The translations under genes and the position numbers were made by a program. Positions 62,108 through 64,000 of a stretch of DNA of 64,000 nt are shown here, in pieces (the stretch's first letter is position 1; the number at the start of each line of letters is the position of its first letter). This DNA comes from Thermoflexus sp. (GTDB lineage Bacteria > Chloroflexota > Anaerolineae > Aggregatilineales > Aggregatilineaceae): assembly GCA_020724485.1 (NCBI GenBank), contig DYGW01000001.1, forward strand, positions 2,559-66,558, given 5' to 3'. The notes beneath the pieces are model-generated. The model was given only the letters and a program-made list of their open reading frames with translations. It searched no databases and was not told where the DNA came from.

Positions 62108-63265
62108 ATGAACGAGATACGCGAGCAGTTGGAGCGCGCCTACCGGTACATCAAGCACGACCGCACCGCCGAGGCGGAGCAGATACTGCGCTCGCTCCTG
62201 GACGAAGACAGCGAAAACGTCCACGCCTGGTGGCTTCTCGCCCACGCGCAGACAGACGCGGACGAGATACGTCACGCGCTGAATCGCGTGCTGGCGCTCG
62301 ATCCCGACTATCCCAACGCCCACAAAGCGCGCGAGTTGCTGGATGCGCTGGAAAGCCATTTCCCCACGCCCGCCGATCTCGACGCCCTGGCGTTCTTCGC
62401 TGATGATAGCGCCGCCGCCCCCGAAGAGGGCGTTCTCGTGGAAGGAACGTTCACGCCACCTGCGCCTGCCCACGAGCCATTCCATGGAGAGTCACTTCCG
62501 GAGCTTGATGAAGTGTATCTCGTTGAGGAAGAGGACGCTCAGGTGGCAGAGCTGGCTGCCTCTGAAGACCCATTCCACGATCTCGAACAGGATTTGCTGT
62601 CGGCAGGAGGCGAAGGAGAAGAAGAAGCAGGCGTGGACAGCGCCGATCTGCTGCTGGCGCTCGGCGATGACGATGTGGACCTCGAAGCGTTGCTCCAATT
62701 AGAGGACAGCAGCGAGGAAGAGGGTTCTGCCCCCCGAGCCCCCCGGCGACGGGCTGGCCGCCGTCGGCGGTGGGGAGTGCTGGCCTTCCTGGCAGCCATC
62801 CTCATCGCAATCGTTGCCCTATGGGGCTTCTTCCTGCGCGAAGAAGACGGCGCGCGGCAAGACCCTGGCCCGCTGACCGTGCTCCCTGTCGAAGATGTCG
62901 CTGTAGCCAGTCTGCTCCAGACACTTAATACGCAACTGGAAACCGCCGGTCTCGGCCAGGACTACCGCGCCGTCGTCGCCAACAGCGACCTGGGCAAGAC
63001 GCTCTATGTTGAGTTCTGCACTGAGCCGCGTCTCGCCCTGGCAGATGCCATCACCCAGGGAATGGAACTGGTCGCTCGCCAGGCTCCCCAGGCGGCGGGT
63101 CAGGTTGATGCGGTAGGTATCTGGATCAACCGCTGCCAGGCCGACCCGCATGATACACTCTTTCGCGCCGAAGTCGCGCTGGAGACGGCACAACGCTACG
63201 TGAGCGGCGAGCTTGGCGCTGGTGAGATCGGTCTGGCCAGTTTCCAGGCGCTCTGGACGAAGTAG
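62108..63265 (+). CDS. TPR-like N-domain, acidic linker, single TM and extracytoplasmic C-domain protein (hypothetical)
   Basis: AEAEQILRSLLDEDSENVHAWWLLAHAQ...ALNRVLALDPDYPNAHKA is TPR-like, followed by a long Asp/Glu-rich segment and TM WGVLAFLAAILIAIVALWGFFL. ATG 62108 has GGAGGGAG upstream. Confidence 0.6.
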   Translation: MNEIREQLERAYRYIKHDRTAEAEQILRSLLDEDSENVHAWWLLAHAQTDADEIRHALNRVLALDPDYPNAHKARELLDALESHFPTPADLDALAFFADDSAAAPEEGVLVEGTFTPPAPAHEPFHGESLPELDEVYLVEEEDAQVAELAASEDPFHDLEQDLLSAGGEGEEEAGVDSADLLLALGDDDVDLEALLQLEDSSEEEGSAPRAPRRRAGRRRRWGVLAFLAAILIAIVALWGFFLREEDGARQDPGPLTVLPVEDVAVASLLQTLNTQLETAGLGQDYRAVVANSDLGKTLYVEFCTEPRLALADAITQGMELVARQAPQAAGQVDAVGIWINRCQADPHDTLFRAEVALETAQRYVSGELGAGEIGLASFQALWTK

Positions 63266-63286
63266 CAGGGTTCGTGCCAGCTCGCG

Positions 63287-64000
63287 TTAGTAGGGCGGCT
63301 GGACAGATTCTGGTCGTTCGCAGGGTAGCCAGACAGCAAACTGGCTGCCTTCTCCCACTTCACTGTGGACGCGGATCGTCCCGCCGTGTCCCTGCACAAT
63401 GCCGTAAGTCACGGACAGCCCCAGGCCGGTGCCGTCGTTCTTGGTGGAGTAGAACGGCTCGAAGATCCGGTCAACCGCCTCATCGTCTATGCCCATGCCC
63501 GTGTCCGACACGGCCAGGATTACTCCCTGCCCTTCTGGATACACCTCAATTGTCAGGTCACCGCCCTCAGCCATAGACTGGGCCGCATTGAGCACCAGGT
63601 TCAAGAGAACCTGCTTCAACTGGGTAGGAGTACCATATACGGGGGGCACTTCACGCAAGGACTTCGACACGCGAATATGCATACGCTCCAACTGCTTCTG
63701 CGTGAGGAGAACCACTTCGTCAACCAGCGCGGGCAGGTTTACCGGGATCGTCTCCCCCGCGCTGGGGCGCGCGAAGTCCAGCAGCCGTGCCACAATCCCT
63801 TTGATTCGCTGCACTTCCTGTTCAGCGATGCGCAAACTCTGTGGATCGACCGGCTGGCTGTTAGCAATATCCTCGATGGCAACCTCCAGGGTGTTTAGGA
63901 TCGGCTGCAAGGGATTATTGACCTCGTGCGCGATTCCCGCCGCCAGGCGGCCCAGCGCGGCGAGCTTTTCGGATTGGATAAGCTGCGCCTGCGCCGAGCG
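63287..64000 (-). CDS. sensor histidine kinase, C-terminal part (gene continues beyond the window end)
   Basis: The minus frame stays open to position 64000 and reads ...SEKLAALGRLAAGIAHEVNNPLQPILN (H-box), followed by N/G boxes (NLVLNAAQ, DTGMGI, GTGLGLS). Confidence 0.85.
   Translation of the reverse strand, partial: RSAQAQLIQSEKLAALGRLAAGIAHEVNNPLQPILNTLEVAIEDIANSQPVDPQSLRIAEQEVQRIKGIVARLLDFARPSAGETIPVNLPALVDEVVLLTQKQLERMHIRVSKSLREVPPVYGTPTQLKQVLLNLVLNAAQSMAEGGDLTIEVYPEGQGVILAVSDTGMGIDDEAVDRIFEPFYSTKNDGTGLGLSVTYGIVQGHGGTIRVHSEVGEGSQFAVWLPCERPESVQPPY

Overview
This is a dense, high-GC bacterial chromosomal segment. Hand counts of typical coding lines give about 60-73% GC. I call about 48 protein genes and one tRNA-Leu(GAG). 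All product calls come from motif recognition in the translated ORFs, because no database search was possible.

Most of the window is housekeeping: lipA, ppk1, comEC, cmk, an S1-domain protein, a rhodanese-SufE pair, greA, a dGTPase-like HD hydrolase, uvrB, ligA, rlmI, an acyl-CoA ligase, ftsH, a Ser/Thr kinase, acnA, rbsK, an OmpR/histidine-kinase pair, a PduO-type adenosyltransferase, hflX, trmFO, fabF and plsX. The gene style (7TM-input sensors, exoproteins built only of PPC repeats, G/C-rich palindromic intergenic repeats) loosely suggests Chloroflexota, but that is only a guess. I saw no CRISPR array, rRNA or prophage gene set.

The most unusual locus is 52.88-55.28 kb:
- A 23% GC tract sits directly after the pduO-type gene.
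- Nested AT-rich palindromes follow it.
- Next is a single ORF (53207-54697) that fuses an N-terminal TIR domain, with the conserved Glu retained, to a complete tyrosine recombinase with all catalytic residues present. The TIR-coding part is about 20 GC points lower than the recombinase part.
- A small 3-TM protein gene lies convergent to it.

Other items worth a second look:
- A second recombinase-fold gene (37140-38066) that lacks the catalytic tyrosine and several other catalytic residues.
- An operon of two secreted proteins made only of PPC repeats (7 and 4) plus a GPH-family transporter.
- A 7TM-GAF protein ending in a sigma-region-4-like HTH, start-stop coupled to a GNAT gene.
- A MalF-type ABC permease with an N-terminal PDZ module.
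- An orphan DnaB-C/RecA-fold ATPase.
- Two families of intergenic repeats, one MITE-like with 11-bp terminal inverted repeats.

Many long ORFs in the track are antisense shadows of real genes, which is typical of high-GC DNA, and I rejected them.
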